Assembly: GCA_963766715.1 (NCBI GenBank)
Contig: CAVYBH010000017.1
Coordinates: 32,001 to 96,000 of the forward strand
Reading direction: 5' to 3'
DNA from: an uncultured delta proteobacterium
GTDB lineage: Bacteria > Myxococcota > Myxococcia > Myxococcales > Anaeromyxobacteraceae
Length of the DNA: 64,000 bases
In this document: positions 63,823 through 64,000 of the stretch, piece by piece
How the letters are laid out: every line of letters starts with the position of its first letter
Numbering within the stretch: the first letter of the stretch is position 1
Program-made: the position numbers and the translations under genes
Notes under the pieces: generated by a model
Databases searched by the model: none
What the model was told of the DNA's origin: nothing
Seen by the model: the letters and a program-made list of their open reading frames with translations, nothing else

Positions 63823-64000
63823 CTAGTCGGTGTCGGACTCCTCGACACCCTTCCGGTGCCGGCGGAGCACGCTCACGAGCGCCTTCAGCGCGTCGGTGGT
63901 CGTGAAGATGCCGATGACGGTCGCCTGCTCGACCACCAGGGCCGAGCCGTGCTTCTGGGTCGCCATGGCCTCGGCGACCTCCTCGAGCGTGGCCTCCGGC
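63823..64000 (-). CDS. CBS-domain protein, C-terminal part (runs off the right edge)
   Basis: PEATLEEVAEAMATQKHGSALVVE..VIGIFTTTDAL. Confidence 0.85.
   Translation of the reverse strand, partial: PEATLEEVAEAMATQKHGSALVVEQATVIGIFTTTDALKALVSVLRRHRKGVEESDTD

Overview
High-GC myxobacterial (Anaeromyxobacter-like) chromosomal segment. Many genes carry single-base indels, most likely long-read consensus errors. The core genes are: mtaB, mnmA and a CCA-type nucleotidyltransferase; an Mla/MCE operon; a Liv-type ABC transporter with 3-hydroxybutyrate dehydrogenase; a selenocysteine-containing formate dehydrogenase operon (fdnGHI-fdhE); an M1 aminopeptidase; a diguanylate cyclase; ferritin; a class II photolyase; a MetX-homoserine dehydrogenase fusion; and moeA/mobB. 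A ~7.9 kb island (6224-14161) is integrated in the 3' half of tRNA-Arg(CCT). It carries a multi-PAS kinase, several microproteins, a truncated tyrosine integrase and, unexpectedly, an intact two-armed attP-like site whose core matches a different tRNA (Gly). Both att arms are followed by paralogous Cys/His zinc-ribbon microproteins. At the right end is a globin-coupled O2-sensing phosphorelay (NmpRSTU/AfGcHK type). Paired CGCA-N5-TGCGC boxes lie upstream of a Cys-rich FNR-like regulator, the NtrC-type regulator itself and a non-canonical DksA/TraR gene, which suggests a tiered oxygen-sensing cascade. No CRISPR array or rRNA was seen. All family assignments are from motif recognition; no database search was run.
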